DNA of 64,000 nucleotides from Abditibacterium sp. (GTDB taxonomy: Bacteria; Armatimonadota; Abditibacteriia; Abditibacteriales; Abditibacteriaceae): contig OZ251992.1 in the NCBI GenBank assembly GCA_965246885.1, forward strand, positions 1,856,001 to 1,920,000, in the 5' to 3' direction. The notes below the pieces were generated by a model. That model was not told where the DNA came from. It did no database searches and saw only the letters and a program-made list of their open reading frames with translations. Below are positions 1-9,963 of this stretch, piece after piece. Made by a program: the position numbers and the translations under genes. The number at the start of each line of letters is the position of its first letter. Within the stretch, counting starts at the first letter, position 1.

Positions 1-2049
1 CAACTGCTGCCCGCCGGAACCAACCTTGTGTTGGACGACGAGCGCGCCCGTGTGGATGGGAGTGTCGCCGACGCCCGATTGGAGGCCGACCCCGGCACCT
101 ACGACATCCGCGTCGTGGCCAACGACCGCGCCCGCACCCCGCTCGGCCCCGTCGCCCGCTTCCAAATCCCCGGCTTCAAACGCGAAGCGGGACGTTGGCT
201 GTTCAACGGCTCTCCCGTTGTTTATGAAGGCGCGAACCCGGCGACGACGACTTCGTTCGTGCCTAATCTGCGCCGCGACAAGCAGGTGAAGTTGCCGCTT
301 TCAGTGGCGACGGGTGCAGTTTTGAAGTGGGACACGCTGGACGTGGGCGCTACGCTGGATGAAATGAGCCGAACAGGTTTTGATGTTGCTGCATTCACGG
401 CGAACTTGCGCGCGCGGATGGCTCAGAAGCCACAAATATACCTCGGATTCTCTGTTGCGGCGGGAACGTCTGCACCTTTGAACAGCATTTTGCCCTTTCG
501 CTCTGACGCCGACAGGTATAAGTTGGTGTGGCCGCAATTGCGTGCTGCTTTGAACGCTTTGGCTCCAGATGCTGCTTTGGTTTTTCGCTCCTCCTATGAA
601 GAGCAAGTGTTGGACGCGATAGCTCCCCTTGCCGATGCTATCGAAGTGGGGTCTTCTCTAAGACAAGGTGATTCGGATGCTCGCGCCTTGGAGATGATAA
701 AAATCGCCCGTCGCAATGTTGAGGAGTCCGCGAACTTCGATCTTCCGATATTTGCGAAATTCGGTGGCGGCTACCCTTCCGCAGATCCTGAGACGTATTT
801 GAGAGCGTTCCAGTCTGGCGCTTCCAACATCATTATCTCTGACGGGACGACTCCACCGGCTGACTTCGCCGCAGTTCTCGCCCGCCAATCCGCGCGCTTT
901 ACGGGCGCTGTGACGCTTGAAGATGTCGGGTTGCGCGCCAAGGATTTCGACCGCTTCGCGCCGATTTTGCGTCGCGCGGGGCGGGTGCCGCTTTTGGCGC
1001 GGCTCCCCGGCGAGGGCAACGGCGAAAAGAAGAGCGACGAGAAAAGCGCCGAGTCGCTGCTTGTCGCGTTCGACGCTACGACGGACGCGGCGACGCTGGA
1101 CAAGATAGAGCGCGCGGCCAAAGTCGGCGCCACCATCTACTGCGAAGGCGCGCTTCCGCCCGCGCTGCTGCCGCGTTGGAGCGAGATAACCAAGACCCAA
1201 ATCGCCGCGCTCCCGGCTCCCAAACGCGCAACTCTCACGCTCGCCGAGCCTTGGTTTTGGGGCACCATCAACGACCAGAATTTCGACGTGTCGCAAAGCC
1301 TGAGCGTCTCCGTCAAGCCCTCGCTCGCCGCGCAAACCAAGGATGTCAAAGGCCAAGCCCGCGAAACCGTCGCCCGCCCCATCGCCCGCTTCAACGACGA
1401 CCCGAACGGCATCATGCTTTGTCCCATCGGCAAAGGCCGCGTCATTTGGGCACCGTTTGATGTAACGGGGATGCTTCCATTCACGAGGTTGGAGAATCGG
1501 GTTGCAGCCCCGCCGAGAGTCACAACTGCTCCCCGTCTTACTGGGCGCGGTCTCAGGACATATATAGCTGACAAGCCTTTCAATACGCTGGACATTCCGA
1601 AAAGACCGCTCCCGGTTCAGACCCTTACATCGGACACTTCGGCACAAGCATCCTCGGCTCAGATTACGAATTACTACGCCGCCGTCGCGGGCGCGATGCA
1701 ACCGGCGCTCGTGGATTATGCGGCGACCAAGGGCGACGCTTCGGGCGTGACGGTTGCGCTGCGCGCGTTGCCCGCTGACCCGACCAACCCCAAAACCAGC
1801 GCCGTCACGCTCGCCGCGTTCTTCAATTCGTCCGCCGCACCCGTTGATTTGGACGCGAACGTGCGCGGCGACGCGGCTTACGCGCTCGACCTGATGACCG
1901 ACCAACCCGTGCCCGTCAAAGTCCGCGACTTCGGCTCGCGCCTGTCGCTGTCGGTTCCCGCCAACGGCTTTCGCTGGATCGCCCTCGCCAAAGACGCGGC
2001 GGCGTGGAACGACGCCGGAAAGGGCAAAGTCCACGCGCGGTTGCGGTAG
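1..2049 (+). CDS. Large hypothetical protein, 5'-truncated by the window edge; possibly glycoside-hydrolase-associated (TIM-barrel-like region followed by a beta-galactosidase-trimerisation-like region)
   Basis: Frame 1 is open from base 1 to TAG at 2047-2049 with GC3-rich codon usage. Weak similarity cues only (e.g. IGKGRVIW; C-terminal 'LSVPANGFRWIAL'). Confidence 0.6.
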   Translation, partial: QLLPAGTNLVLDDERARVDGSVADARLEADPGTYDIRVVANDRARTPLGPVARFQIPGFKREAGRWLFNGSPVVYEGANPATTTSFVPNLRRDKQVKLPLSVATGAVLKWDTLDVGATLDEMSRTGFDVAAFTANLRARMAQKPQIYLGFSVAAGTSAPLNSILPFRSDADRYKLVWPQLRAALNALAPDAALVFRSSYEEQVLDAIAPLADAIEVGSSLRQGDSDARALEMIKIARRNVEESANFDLPIFAKFGGGYPSADPETYLRAFQSGASNIIISDGTTPPADFAAVLARQSARFTGAVTLEDVGLRAKDFDRFAPILRRAGRVPLLARLPGEGNGEKKSDEKSAESLLVAFDATTDAATLDKIERAAKVGATIYCEGALPPALLPRWSEITKTQIAALPAPKRATLTLAEPWFWGTINDQNFDVSQSLSVSVKPSLAAQTKDVKGQARETVARPIARFNDDPNGIMLCPIGKGRVIWAPFDVTGMLPFTRLENRVAAPPRVTTAPRLTGRGLRTYIADKPFNTLDIPKRPLPVQTLTSDTSAQASSAQITNYYAAVAGAMQPALVDYAATKGDASGVTVALRALPADPTNPKTSAVTLAAFFNSSAAPVDLDANVRGDAAYALDLMTDQPVPVKVRDFGSRLSLSVPANGFRWIALAKDAAAWNDAGKGKVHARLR

Positions 2050-2103
2050 GAATTGCCCGCATTTTCAAGCGGCTTATCCCCTTGTCGTTCGTCCCTTCAA
2101 GCG

Positions 2104-2919
2104 ATGAAAATTCTGGCCTTGGACACGGGCGGATTGGTTTCGCCCGACGCGGCGACGGTCGTGGCGATGCAGTGGAGCGAGGGCGACGATGTTTCGATTC
2201 TGGCGCTCGAATCGCTCGTCAACCCGCGCGAATTGGGAGCGCGCTTGGCGCAAACTCTGGAGGGCGCGGTCGCAACGGCGGGGTGGACGTGGCCCGAAGT
2301 GAACGGCTTGGTCGTCGGGACGGGGCCGGGGAGTTGGACGAGCTTGCGCGTGGGCGTGGCAACGATGAAGACGCTCGCGCAAACGCTCGACATCCCGCTC
2401 GCGGGCGTGCCCTCGTTCGATGCCCTCGCCGCCGCCGCGCACCGTGCTTTGACGGAACACGAACTGACCGCGCCTAAACCCAAAGGTCGCCGCAAGCGGC
2501 AGGCGGAAACGGATGGCCCGCAAGTATTGCTGTGCTTGGCGCCGTGTCGCCCCGGCGAACTGTATGGCAAAATCTTCCTGCGAACAGCGCACTACGTCGC
2601 CGGAGCGCAACGCGAGTGGATCGCGTCCGCCAAAACCCATACGGACGCCGCGTTTTCGCAAGCCTTGGCCGATGACATAGACGCGCCGCTCATTCTGTGC
2701 GGCGGCGCGACCGACGAAGCCGCGACCTACCTCGCCGCGCGCAACGAAGCGCACGTTGTCGTCGAAGTCGAGGCCCCGCAAGTCGCCATCGAACTGGCGA
2801 TTGCGGGCGCCTTCCAACTGGCTTCGGGCGAAGTGTTGCCGCTCGAAGAAATCGCCCCGCTTTATCTGGCGCCTTCGAGCGCCGAACGCGTGCGCGAGGA
2901 GTTGTTGGCGGCGCGCTGA
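2104..2919 (+). CDS. tsaB: tRNA threonylcarbamoyladenosine biosynthesis protein TsaB
   Basis: MKILALDT start, GTGPGSWTSLRVG motif, C-terminal PLYL; directly upstream of rimI. Confidence 0.9.
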   Translation: MKILALDTGGLVSPDAATVVAMQWSEGDDVSILALESLVNPRELGARLAQTLEGAVATAGWTWPEVNGLVVGTGPGSWTSLRVGVATMKTLAQTLDIPLAGVPSFDALAAAAHRALTEHELTAPKPKGRRKRQAETDGPQVLLCLAPCRPGELYGKIFLRTAHYVAGAQREWIASAKTHTDAAFSQALADDIDAPLILCGGATDEAATYLAARNEAHVVVEVEAPQVAIELAIAGAFQLASGEVLPLEEIAPLYLAPSSAERVREELLAAR

Positions 2920-2922
2920 CCG

Positions 2923-3345
2923 ATGATCCGCCCCGCCACGCCCGCCGATTTGGAGTTGCTCGACGCTTTGGAGCGCGCCTCTTTTCCCGATCCTTGGACG
3001 CGCGACTCGCTTGCCACCGCCCTGCGCGAAGCGGGGTATCTCGTGCTATTGTGCGACGAAGTCGGCTTTCTGCTCGGCTGGAATACCGGTGAGGAAGCCG
3101 AAATCGCGCGCTTAGGCGTCGTGGAAGCGGCGCGCGGGCAGGGCATCGGCGCGGCGCTCGTCGAGCGCGCACTGTCCGACTTCAAAGCGCGCGGCGTGAC
3201 GGCGGTCTTCCTCGAAGTGCGCGAGGTCAATGGCGCGGCGCGGCGTTTGTACGAGAGGCAGGGCTTCGCCGAAATCGCGCGCCGCGCGGGATATTACACC
3301 GACGGCGTGGATGCCGTCGTGATGCGGCGCGACTTAGCAGCCTAA
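2923..3345 (+). CDS. rimI: Ribosomal protein S18 alanine N-acetyltransferase (GNAT)
   Basis: RGQGIG acetyl-CoA motif, [29 protein letters not shown]; tsaB-rimI synteny. Confidence 0.9.
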   Translation: MIRPATPADLELLDALERASFPDPWTRDSLATALREAGYLVLLCDEVGFLLGWNTGEEAEIARLGVVEAARGQGIGAALVERALSDFKARGVTAVFLEVREVNGAARRLYERQGFAEIARRAGYYTDGVDAVVMRRDLAA

Positions 3346-4055
3346 ATCGCGCACACCATTGTGCCGACGTCTTCGCCCATTGCGGCGCGTAAGACATTCC
3401 CCGGCACTTCCATGTTGAACACGATGATGGGGAGTTTGTTGTCCATCGAAAGCGTGATGGCGGTCGAGTCCAGCACTTTGAGGCCCCTGTCTAATACGTC
3501 CAAGTAGCTGAGGCGGTCGAAGCGCACGGCGTCGGCGAACTTTTGCGGGTCGCGGTCATACACGCCGTCCACGTCGGTCGCTTTGAAAATCGCTTGCGCG
3601 CCGATTTGGGTTGCCCGCAGCACCGCCGCCGTGTCGGTTGTGAAGAACGGGTTGCCCGTGCCCGCCGCGAAGATGACGATGCGACCCTTTTCCAAATGCC
3701 GTAAGGCGCGGCGCGGAATGAACGGCTCGGCAATCTCCTTCATTTCGATGGCCGACAGGACGCGCGTCGAAACCCCGGCGCGCTCGAAGTAATCTTGCAA
3801 GGCGATGGAGTTCTGCACGGTCGCCAGCATGCCCATATAATCGGCCATCGAGCGATCCATGCCTTGGTCAACGGCTGCCTTCATGCCGCGAAAAAAGTTG
3901 CCGCCGCCCACGACGACGCCCAATTCGATGCCCGCCTCGTGGACGGTCTTGATTTCCTGCGCGATGCGCTGCAAAACCTCGCCGTCCAGTCCAAAACCCT
4001 TGGGGCCAGCCAGCGCCTCGCCCGAAAACTTAATCAATATCCGCTTGTATTTCAT
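3342..4055 (-). CDS. pyrH: UMP kinase
   Basis: [43 protein letters not shown]. The true start is ATG 4055; the 732-aa ORF is over-extended. Confidence 0.97.
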   Translation of the reverse strand: MKYKRILIKFSGEALAGPKGFGLDGEVLQRIAQEIKTVHEAGIELGVVVGGGNFFRGMKAAVDQGMDRSMADYMGMLATVQNSIALQDYFERAGVSTRVLSAIEMKEIAEPFIPRRALRHLEKGRIVIFAAGTGNPFFTTDTAAVLRATQIGAQAIFKATDVDGVYDRDPQKFADAVRFDRLSYLDVLDRGLKVLDSTAITLSMDNKLPIIVFNMEVPGNVLRAAMGEDVGTMVCAI

Positions 4056-4118
4056 TCGGGGCGCCAGTGTAGCCCGACTTTTCCCCGGTCTCGCGCGATT
4101 CTTGCTCTTTGGGCGGCC

Positions 4119-4583
4119 ATGAAAAGATTGCCGCGCTGGATAATTCCCCTCGTTTTGCTGCTGCTTGCCGTCTTTTTCTGGCGCCTGACGCACCCGAAAC
4201 TCACCGACGAGCAGCAAATCCGCGTCGCGCTCGACGACATCGGCGCGCAGGCGGGCCACAAAAGCGCGGGCGGCGTCACTTACTATCTCTCCAAAGACTT
4301 CCGCGTCCAAGGGCTTGGCCCCAACGGTTTGCGCAAGCAACTCGCGGGCGGGTTTCTCGAATACGCCGCCGTGCGCCTCCAAACATCGGGCGTGCAAATC
4401 AAAGTGACCGGCGACACCGCGACGACGACGGGCCTTTACGACATCGGCCTCAAGCGCGAATTCAACTCGCCCGAAGAGAAGTTCTCCGACCTCTTCACGC
4501 TCAAGTGGAAGCGCGAGGACGGGGGGTGGAAAATCTCCGACGCCCCCGGCGTGACGGTGCCCAAGGGGTTGGACGGGGGTTAG
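4119..4583 (+). CDS. Membrane-anchored NTF2/SnoaL-like fold protein
   Basis: N-terminal hydrophobic helix, then 'VTGDTATT' and '[12 protein letters not shown]', typical of NTF2-like folds. Confidence 0.65.
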   Translation: MKRLPRWIIPLVLLLLAVFFWRLTHPKLTDEQQIRVALDDIGAQAGHKSAGGVTYYLSKDFRVQGLGPNGLRKQLAGGFLEYAAVRLQTSGVQIKVTGDTATTTGLYDIGLKREFNSPEEKFSDLFTLKWKREDGGWKISDAPGVTVPKGLDGG

Positions 4584-4603
4584 GTGGCTTGCTAAACCTT
4601 CGG

Positions 4604-4718
4604 AACGGGGATATAAAATCCCCGGCATCCGGCTTCGCCAAGCGTTCTCCGAACGCAGTGCAGCGTGTCCGGCAGGACACTTGGCGAAGCCGGATGCCGG
4701 GGATTTTATATCCCCGTT
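4604..4718. repeat. Long palindromic element, family 1 (MITE/REPIN-like), copy 1
   Basis: Perfect 39-bp inverted repeats (AACGGGGATATAAAATCCCCGGCATCCGGCTTCGCCAAG) at 4604-4642 and 4680-4718; second copy at 60603-60739. Confidence 0.9.
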
Positions 4719-4723
4719 GCCTT

Positions 4724-5602
4724 CTAAAAGTGCCCCCAGAAACTCGGTTTGTGCCACACCGCGAACCACCACAAACTCGCGCCCGCGAGCGCGTTGACGA
4801 CCGGAAATGCGCGGTAAATGCCCATCACGCCGCTTTGCGAGTTCGCGCGGAGCGATTGCAGCATCAAAACCGAGTAAACCGCCGCCAGAACCGCCGCCAA
4901 CCAGCCCAAAACTCCGGAAGATAGCGCCGCCGCGCCCAGATAGAACGCCCAACAGCCCAATAATGTCCCCCGCAGCCCCAGCCAAGTGGCGACGGTGGGC
5001 ACGCCCGCTTCCGTGTCGGCGTCTATGTCGGGCACGGCGGAGTAGGCGTGCATCGCCATCGCCCACAGCGTCGCGGCGAGGAACAGTTGGGGCGAGAAGT
5101 GGCGCCCGCCGCACACGAAATAGCCCAGCGCGCCGGGGAAAATGTAGAGGACGTTGAAGGCGGAATCGAGGAGCGGCCTCGCTTTGGCGCGGATGGGCGG
5201 CGCCGAGTAAAAGAGCGAGAAGAACAGAAACCCCGCCAAACACACCCAACTCGCGCGCGGCGAAAAGGGGAGCAACGCGGCGAACGGGAGGCACCACAGC
5301 GCGATGGATTTCCACAAGGCGGCGCGTTCGTCGGGCGGGACGAGAGTCTCGTAGCCGCGCTTTTTGGCGTTGAGAACGTCGGTATCGTAGTCGAAGATGT
5401 CGTTGGCGCCGTAGATGAGCAGGTTCGCCGGGAACAGAAAGAACAGCGCCCAGCCGAGCGCGAGCGGCGACAAATAAGCGCGCGGGTTCGGGCTGCCAAT
5501 CAGCGCGCCGACGATGAATGGCCCGAAAACATACATCCAAAAACGTGGGCGCGAAGCACGAAACAAGCGGCGAAAAGGCACGCGGGGAGTTTGGCGCCTC
5601 AT
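4724..5602 (-). CDS. UbiA-family prenyltransferase, lycopene elongase-like (CrtEb/LyeJ type)
   Basis: [20 protein letters not shown] (first Asp-rich motif), [21 protein letters not shown]; multi-TM; next to a CruF-like gene. Confidence 0.8.
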   Translation of the reverse strand: MRRQTPRVPFRRLFRASRPRFWMYVFGPFIVGALIGSPNPRAYLSPLALGWALFFLFPANLLIYGANDIFDYDTDVLNAKKRGYETLVPPDERAALWKSIALWCLPFAALLPFSPRASWVCLAGFLFFSLFYSAPPIRAKARPLLDSAFNVLYIFPGALGYFVCGGRHFSPQLFLAATLWAMAMHAYSAVPDIDADTEAGVPTVATWLGLRGTLLGCWAFYLGAAALSSGVLGWLAAVLAAVYSVLMLQSLRANSQSGVMGIYRAFPVVNALAGASLWWFAVWHKPSFWGHF

Positions 5603-5614
5603 CCCGTCAACTGG

Positions 5615-5901
5615 AGGCGTCGCGCGACTCTGGCGGGAAGCCGCGCCGGAGTTGATGGAAAGGAATCAAGAGCCGAGGGAGTTCGCGCGACTCTGGCGGG
5701 AAGTCGCGCAAGAGCCGAGGGAGTTCGCGCGACGACCGAAGGAGTTCGCGCGACGACCGAAGGAGTTCGCGCGACGACCGAGGGAGTTCCTTCGGGAGCC
5801 GAGGGAGTTCCTTCGGGAGCCGAGGGAGTTCGCGCGACGACCAAAGGAGTTCCTTCAAGAGCCAAAGGAAGCCGTTCGGGAGCCGAGGGAAGCCGTTCGG
5901 C
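5615..5901. repeat. Degenerate 21-nt tandem array A
   Basis: About 13 units such as CCGAAGGAGTTCGCGCGACGA and CCGAGGGAGTTCCTTCGGGAG. Confidence 0.9.
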
Positions 5902-5912
5902 ACACTGGGGAC

Positions 5913-6644
5913 GTGCAATTTTCCCGTCGCGGCGCGCTGTGGCTGCTTTTCGGCGCGCTGTTTTTATTTTTGCAAGGGTTTTTCGTAGCCAAAGTCCCCG
6001 GCGCGACGCGGCCCGAACTGGCGAACGTATCGGCGGTGTTCGTTCTCGTTCTTTACGCGCCGTCCGCGTGGGCGCTGGGCAAGTGGCTCGGCGCGAAACG
6101 CGCCATAGGGGTGTTGACGGCGTTAGGCGCGTTCGCGTTGGTGTTGGAAACTTTCGCCGTCAAGACCGGGGTTCCGTATGGGCGCTTCGTGTATGGGCCG
6201 AAAATAGGCGCGCTGTTGTTTGGAGCGGTGCCTTGGACGGTGCCATTTTCGTGGCCGCCGCTCGTGTTGGGTGCCCTCGCGCTGGCGCGCGGGAAGAGTG
6301 CCCCCACCCTCGTCGCGCAGGCGACGCTGTGGCTGCTCGCGTTCGATTTGCTGCTCGATCCGGGCGCCGTTTCGCAGCGTTTTTGGACTTATCAAGCGGG
6401 CGGCTTCTTTTACGGCGTGCCGCTCACGAACTTTCTCGGTTGGCTCCTAAGTGGGGCGGCGGGAAGCTGGCTGCTGTGGCGCTTGAGCGGCGAGCGGTTC
6501 GATTTTCCGCCGCCACTAATTTCCAGTGTCGTGCTGGTGCTGTCGTTTTGGACGGGTGTGTGCGCCTTTTCGGGCATTATCGTCCCGGCGCTGGTGGGGT
6601 TTGGGTTGCTCGGAGTGTGCGGGTGGCGAGTTTGGAAGGGGTGA
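5913..6644 (+). CDS. Carotenoid biosynthesis protein, CruF/DUF422 family (carotenoid 1,2-hydratase-like)
   Basis: E..AVKTGVPYGRFVY, GAVPWTVPFSW, FDLLLDPGAV, FYGVPLTNFLGW. The GTG 5913 start is inferred; the frame is also open through the upstream repeat. Confidence 0.8.
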   Translation: MQFSRRGALWLLFGALFLFLQGFFVAKVPGATRPELANVSAVFVLVLYAPSAWALGKWLGAKRAIGVLTALGAFALVLETFAVKTGVPYGRFVYGPKIGALLFGAVPWTVPFSWPPLVLGALALARGKSAPTLVAQATLWLLAFDLLLDPGAVSQRFWTYQAGGFFYGVPLTNFLGWLLSGAAGSWLLWRLSGERFDFPPPLISSVVLVLSFWTGVCAFSGIIVPALVGFGLLGVCGWRVWKG

Positions 6645-7598
6645 TTATCCGTGCCCGCGTTGCGGCAGATCGTCCGCGTGTTCCAAGAACCAACGGTAAG
6701 TAGATTTAAGGCCCTCGCGCAGACCAATCTTCGCGCTCCATCCGGCTTCTTTGAGGCGCGAGACGTCCATCAATTTGCGCGGCGTGCCATCGGGTTTGCT
6801 CGCGTCGAAGCGCAGTTCGCCCCGGAAGCCCACGACTTCGCGCACCATGTCGGCGAGTTCGCGGATGCTCAGGTCTTGCCCCGTCCCGACGTTGATGGGG
6901 CCGGGCTGCGAGAAGTTGTCGAGCAGAAAGAGGCAAGCGTCGGCGAGGTCGTCGCAGTGCAAAAACTCGCGCTTGGGCGTGCCGCTTCCCCAGATTTCAA
7001 CCGTCGCGGCGCCTGCGCGCTTGGCTTCGTGCGTTTTGCGGAGCAGGGCGGGCAAGACGTGCGAGCCGTGCAGGTCGAAGTTGTCGTAGGGGCCATAGAG
7101 GTTGGTGGGCATCGCCGAGATGAAATCGTCGCCGAACTGGGCGCGGAACGAGTCGCACATCTCGATGGCGGCAATTTTGGCGACGGCGTAAGCGCGGTTG
7201 GTCGGTTCGAGCGGGCCAGTGAGGAGGGCGTTTTCGTGAAGCGGTTGCGGCGCTAACTTGGGGTAGATGCAACTGGAGCCAAGGTTGAGCAGCTTGTGCA
7301 CCCCGGTTTCGTGCGCGGCTTGAATGGTGTTGGCGGCGATTTGGATGTTGTCAAGGATGAAGTCGGCGGGGAACTGCGAGTTCGCCAAAATGCCGCCAAC
7401 GCGCGCCGCCGCGAGGATGACGACTTCGGGCTTTTCGTCGCGGAAGAAGGCGCGCGTCGCGGCTTGGTCGCGCAGGTCGAGTTCGGAGGAGGTACGGGTG
7501 ACGATGTTCTGGAAGCCGTCGGCGCGCAAGCGGCGCATGAGCGCGCCGCCCACCAAGCCGCGATGCCCGGCGAGATAAATCTTCGTGGAGTGGTGCAT
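6645..7598 (-). CDS. fcl: GDP-L-fucose synthase
   Basis: KIYLAGHRGLVG, AAARVGGI, LGSSCIYP, YAVAK, PTNLYGP, SKPDG. Start may be 7598 or 7622. Confidence 0.95.
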   Translation of the reverse strand: MHHSTKIYLAGHRGLVGGALMRRLRADGFQNIVTRTSSELDLRDQAATRAFFRDEKPEVVILAAARVGGILANSQFPADFILDNIQIAANTIQAAHETGVHKLLNLGSSCIYPKLAPQPLHENALLTGPLEPTNRAYAVAKIAAIEMCDSFRAQFGDDFISAMPTNLYGPYDNFDLHGSHVLPALLRKTHEAKRAGAATVEIWGSGTPKREFLHCDDLADACLFLLDNFSQPGPINVGTGQDLSIRELADMVREVVGFRGELRFDASKPDGTPRKLMDVSRLKEAGWSAKIGLREGLKSTYRWFLEHADDLPQRGHG

Positions 7599-7622
7599 GG
7601 AAGAGGAGAAAGTGTGCGCCAT

Positions 7623-8861
7623 TTATCGCTTGGGCGCAGTTACTTTGAGGATGAGGTCGTGGAACTGTCCGGCGATTTGGTCGAGGTTGTAATCGCGTTC
7701 AAAAGCGCGGCGCGCGGCTTCGCCCATTGCGCGCGCGCGGTCGGGCGCATCAGCGAGGGCTTCTATAGCGCGTGCCAAACCGGGCGCGTCGTCGCCATTC
7801 ACGCGCACGCCGCAACTTTCCTCGGCCAAGACGCGCGCCGTTTCCGCCGTCTCGCCCATCAGGGCAATGGTAGCTCGTCCCGCCGCCAGCAGGTTGTAGA
7901 ACTTGCACGGCACGGCTAACCCCTCCGTTCCTTTTTCAAGCGTTATGAGCGCCACATCGCAAGCGCCGAGCAGATCGGGCAGTTCCTCGGCGGGCACGAA
8001 GTCGAAGAACTGAACGTTGCCGATGCCCTCGTTTTCCGCGCGCGCCTCGACTTCATCTCGCTTAGCGCCGCCGCCGACGAGGGCAAACACGATGTCCTCG
8101 CGCGTGCGTGCGATTAGTTTCGCGGCGTCAAGGATGGCGTCGAAGTTATGGAACTGCCCGAAATTGCCCGCGTACAGCACAACGAACTTCCCGCTCCAGC
8201 CATGCTCCTGCGCAAAGCGCGAGTCGGCGCGCGCGACGGGTTCGGGAATGGCGCCCCAGTTGGAAATCACGCGGATTTTGTCGGGCGACGGGACAAAGCT
8301 CTTGTCCAGATGCTCCTTCATGCAGCGCCCCAACACGACAACGGCGTCGCTTTCGTGCAAAAAGCGACGTTGCATTGCTTGTGCGGCGCGGATGGAGCGC
8401 GAGTTGTGCGACGCCTGACCCATTACGACGGACATATCGGCATAGAGGTCGTGGATGAGGTAGATGACTTTGGTGCCGCGCAACCGTTGCATCCACAGCG
8501 CAACGAGGGGGAGCATCGGCGGGTTGGTCAGCACGACCAGCACGTCGGGGCGCGGGCCAAGCAGCAGCTTCTTCCACACCGCAAGGGAGAACTGAACGCC
8601 CGCCAACAAGCGTTTCACGGTCGAGGGTTGCTTGGTCGGAGGCGTGTCCACGCGGCGAATGTGGATGCCCCGCCAGTTCTCGCGGCGTCGGAGCGGCTTG
8701 TGGGTGCCGCGATAAAGGTGCGTCGAAGTGATGGCACTGATGCGCACGTCGGGGAAGCTGTCGTGCAACTGGCGCGCGAGGTGCGAGATGATAGTGCCGG
8801 TCGAGCCGAGGTTATCGGGATAAAAGAACTCGCACAAAAAGCAGACTTGGAGCGGCGTCAT
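7623..8861 (-). CDS. Glycosyltransferase family 4 (WcaI-like)
   Basis: CEFFYPD, YLIHDLY, VLYAGNFG, GLAVPCKFYNLLAAG (GT-B fold). Confidence 0.88.
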   Translation of the reverse strand: MTPLQVCFLCEFFYPDNLGSTGTIISHLARQLHDSFPDVRISAITSTHLYRGTHKPLRRRENWRGIHIRRVDTPPTKQPSTVKRLLAGVQFSLAVWKKLLLGPRPDVLVVLTNPPMLPLVALWMQRLRGTKVIYLIHDLYADMSVVMGQASHNSRSIRAAQAMQRRFLHESDAVVVLGRCMKEHLDKSFVPSPDKIRVISNWGAIPEPVARADSRFAQEHGWSGKFVVLYAGNFGQFHNFDAILDAAKLIARTREDIVFALVGGGAKRDEVEARAENEGIGNVQFFDFVPAEELPDLLGACDVALITLEKGTEGLAVPCKFYNLLAAGRATIALMGETAETARVLAEESCGVRVNGDDAPGLARAIEALADAPDRARAMGEAARRAFERDYNLDQIAGQFHDLILKVTAPKR

Positions 8862-8863
8862 CT

Positions 8864-9637
8864 TTAGTAAGCGCCATGTTTGCTTTTGCCGCAAAGCACG
8901 CCAATAGTTTTGAGCACGATCCACAAGTCAAGAGCGAGGTTGTGACGTTCGATATATCGCAAATCGAGTTCGATGCGCTCTTCGTAAGAGGTATTGTTGC
9001 GCCCGCTCACTTGCCACAACCCCGTGAGTCCCGGCTTGATTGAAAACAGGAGCGGGGCGCTCTGCCCGTATTTCTCTATTTCGGCGGACACGATGGGGCG
9101 CGGCCCCACCATGGATAATGAGCCGCCGAGAACGTTAAAGAACTGTGGCAGTTCATCCAAGCTGGTGCGACGCAAAAAGCGCCCGACACGCGAAACGCGC
9201 GGGTCATCTTTGAGTTTGTGGAAAGCATTCCACTCAGCTTTGAGTTCGGGGTTCTCGCTCAATAAGAGGGCAAATGCCGCGTCACCGTCGTGCCCGACAC
9301 CAGTACAATACTCCCATTTCATGGAACGAAACTTCCATACGTGTAATTCTTGCCCCTTAATTCCAAGGCGCCGATGCTTGTAGATGAGCGGCCCTGGGGA
9401 GGTGAGTTTGATCGCTGCAATCAAAAACAGGAACAACGGAGAGAACAGCGTGATGCACACGCTACTTACAACAATATCGAACAACCGCTTGTCCCATTTG
9501 GGGGGCGGGATGGGCACTGACGAGGGAGTCAACCCCTTCTCCGATGCTGATAGCCCCAACGGTGAGGGATCACCGTGAGATGCCATTGGATTTGCGCTTC
9601 GCACCGAGGCAGGAAAATTAAGCTGTTCAAGCGACAT
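8864..9637 (-). CDS. Initiating phosphoglycosyl (sugar) transferase, WbaP/WcaJ C-terminal type
   Basis: KRLFDI, KFRSM, DDPRVSRVGRFLRRTSLDELPQFFNVL, PGLTGLWQVSGR. Start uncertain (9637 or 9586). Confidence 0.9.
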   Translation of the reverse strand: MSLEQLNFPASVRSANPMASHGDPSPLGLSASEKGLTPSSVPIPPPKWDKRLFDIVVSSVCITLFSPLFLFLIAAIKLTSPGPLIYKHRRLGIKGQELHVWKFRSMKWEYCTGVGHDGDAAFALLLSENPELKAEWNAFHKLKDDPRVSRVGRFLRRTSLDELPQFFNVLGGSLSMVGPRPIVSAEIEKYGQSAPLLFSIKPGLTGLWQVSGRNNTSYEERIELDLRYIERHNLALDLWIVLKTIGVLCGKSKHGAY

Positions 9638-9963
9638 AGGGTTCAAAACAATAAAGAGGATAAGCACGCCCCACAGCCGTTTGCAAGCAGAAAGCGAGCC
9701 AGTGTCAAGTGCGTCCTCCGCCACTCCTCCTTCGCGCGAGACGGCAAGGTTTAACAAAACCACAAGAAGAGGGGAGCGACTATGTCGCAAAAAGGACTCC
9801 CGCGCATAGCTGCTATACCAATGGAAGCCCGCGCGGGCGATGTTGAACCACACTCCGCTCCATCCAAAAGCCGCCGATAAACCAAAGCGTATTTTCGTAG
9901 AACCTAAGCAAAAGCGCCATACTCAACCCGTGAGTATGGCGCCTTCCAGCTCCCCGCGTGGGA

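Noticed and set aside
3342..5540. 732-aa ORF as a giant PyrH fusion
   Set aside because: PyrH homology starts at ATG 4055. The extension runs antisense to 4119-4583, crosses a repeat and overlaps the prenyltransferase out of frame, so it is a chance open frame in GC-rich DNA.
5615..5901. 21-nt arrays (also 24623-24740 and 49686-49831) as CRISPR arrays
   Set aside because: Units are contiguous with no unique spacers, and there are no cas genes.
9640..9960. Riboswitch or ops/JUMPstart element upstream of the EPS genes
   Set aside because: Only a short palindrome (GCGACTATGTCGC) was seen; no recognisable consensus.
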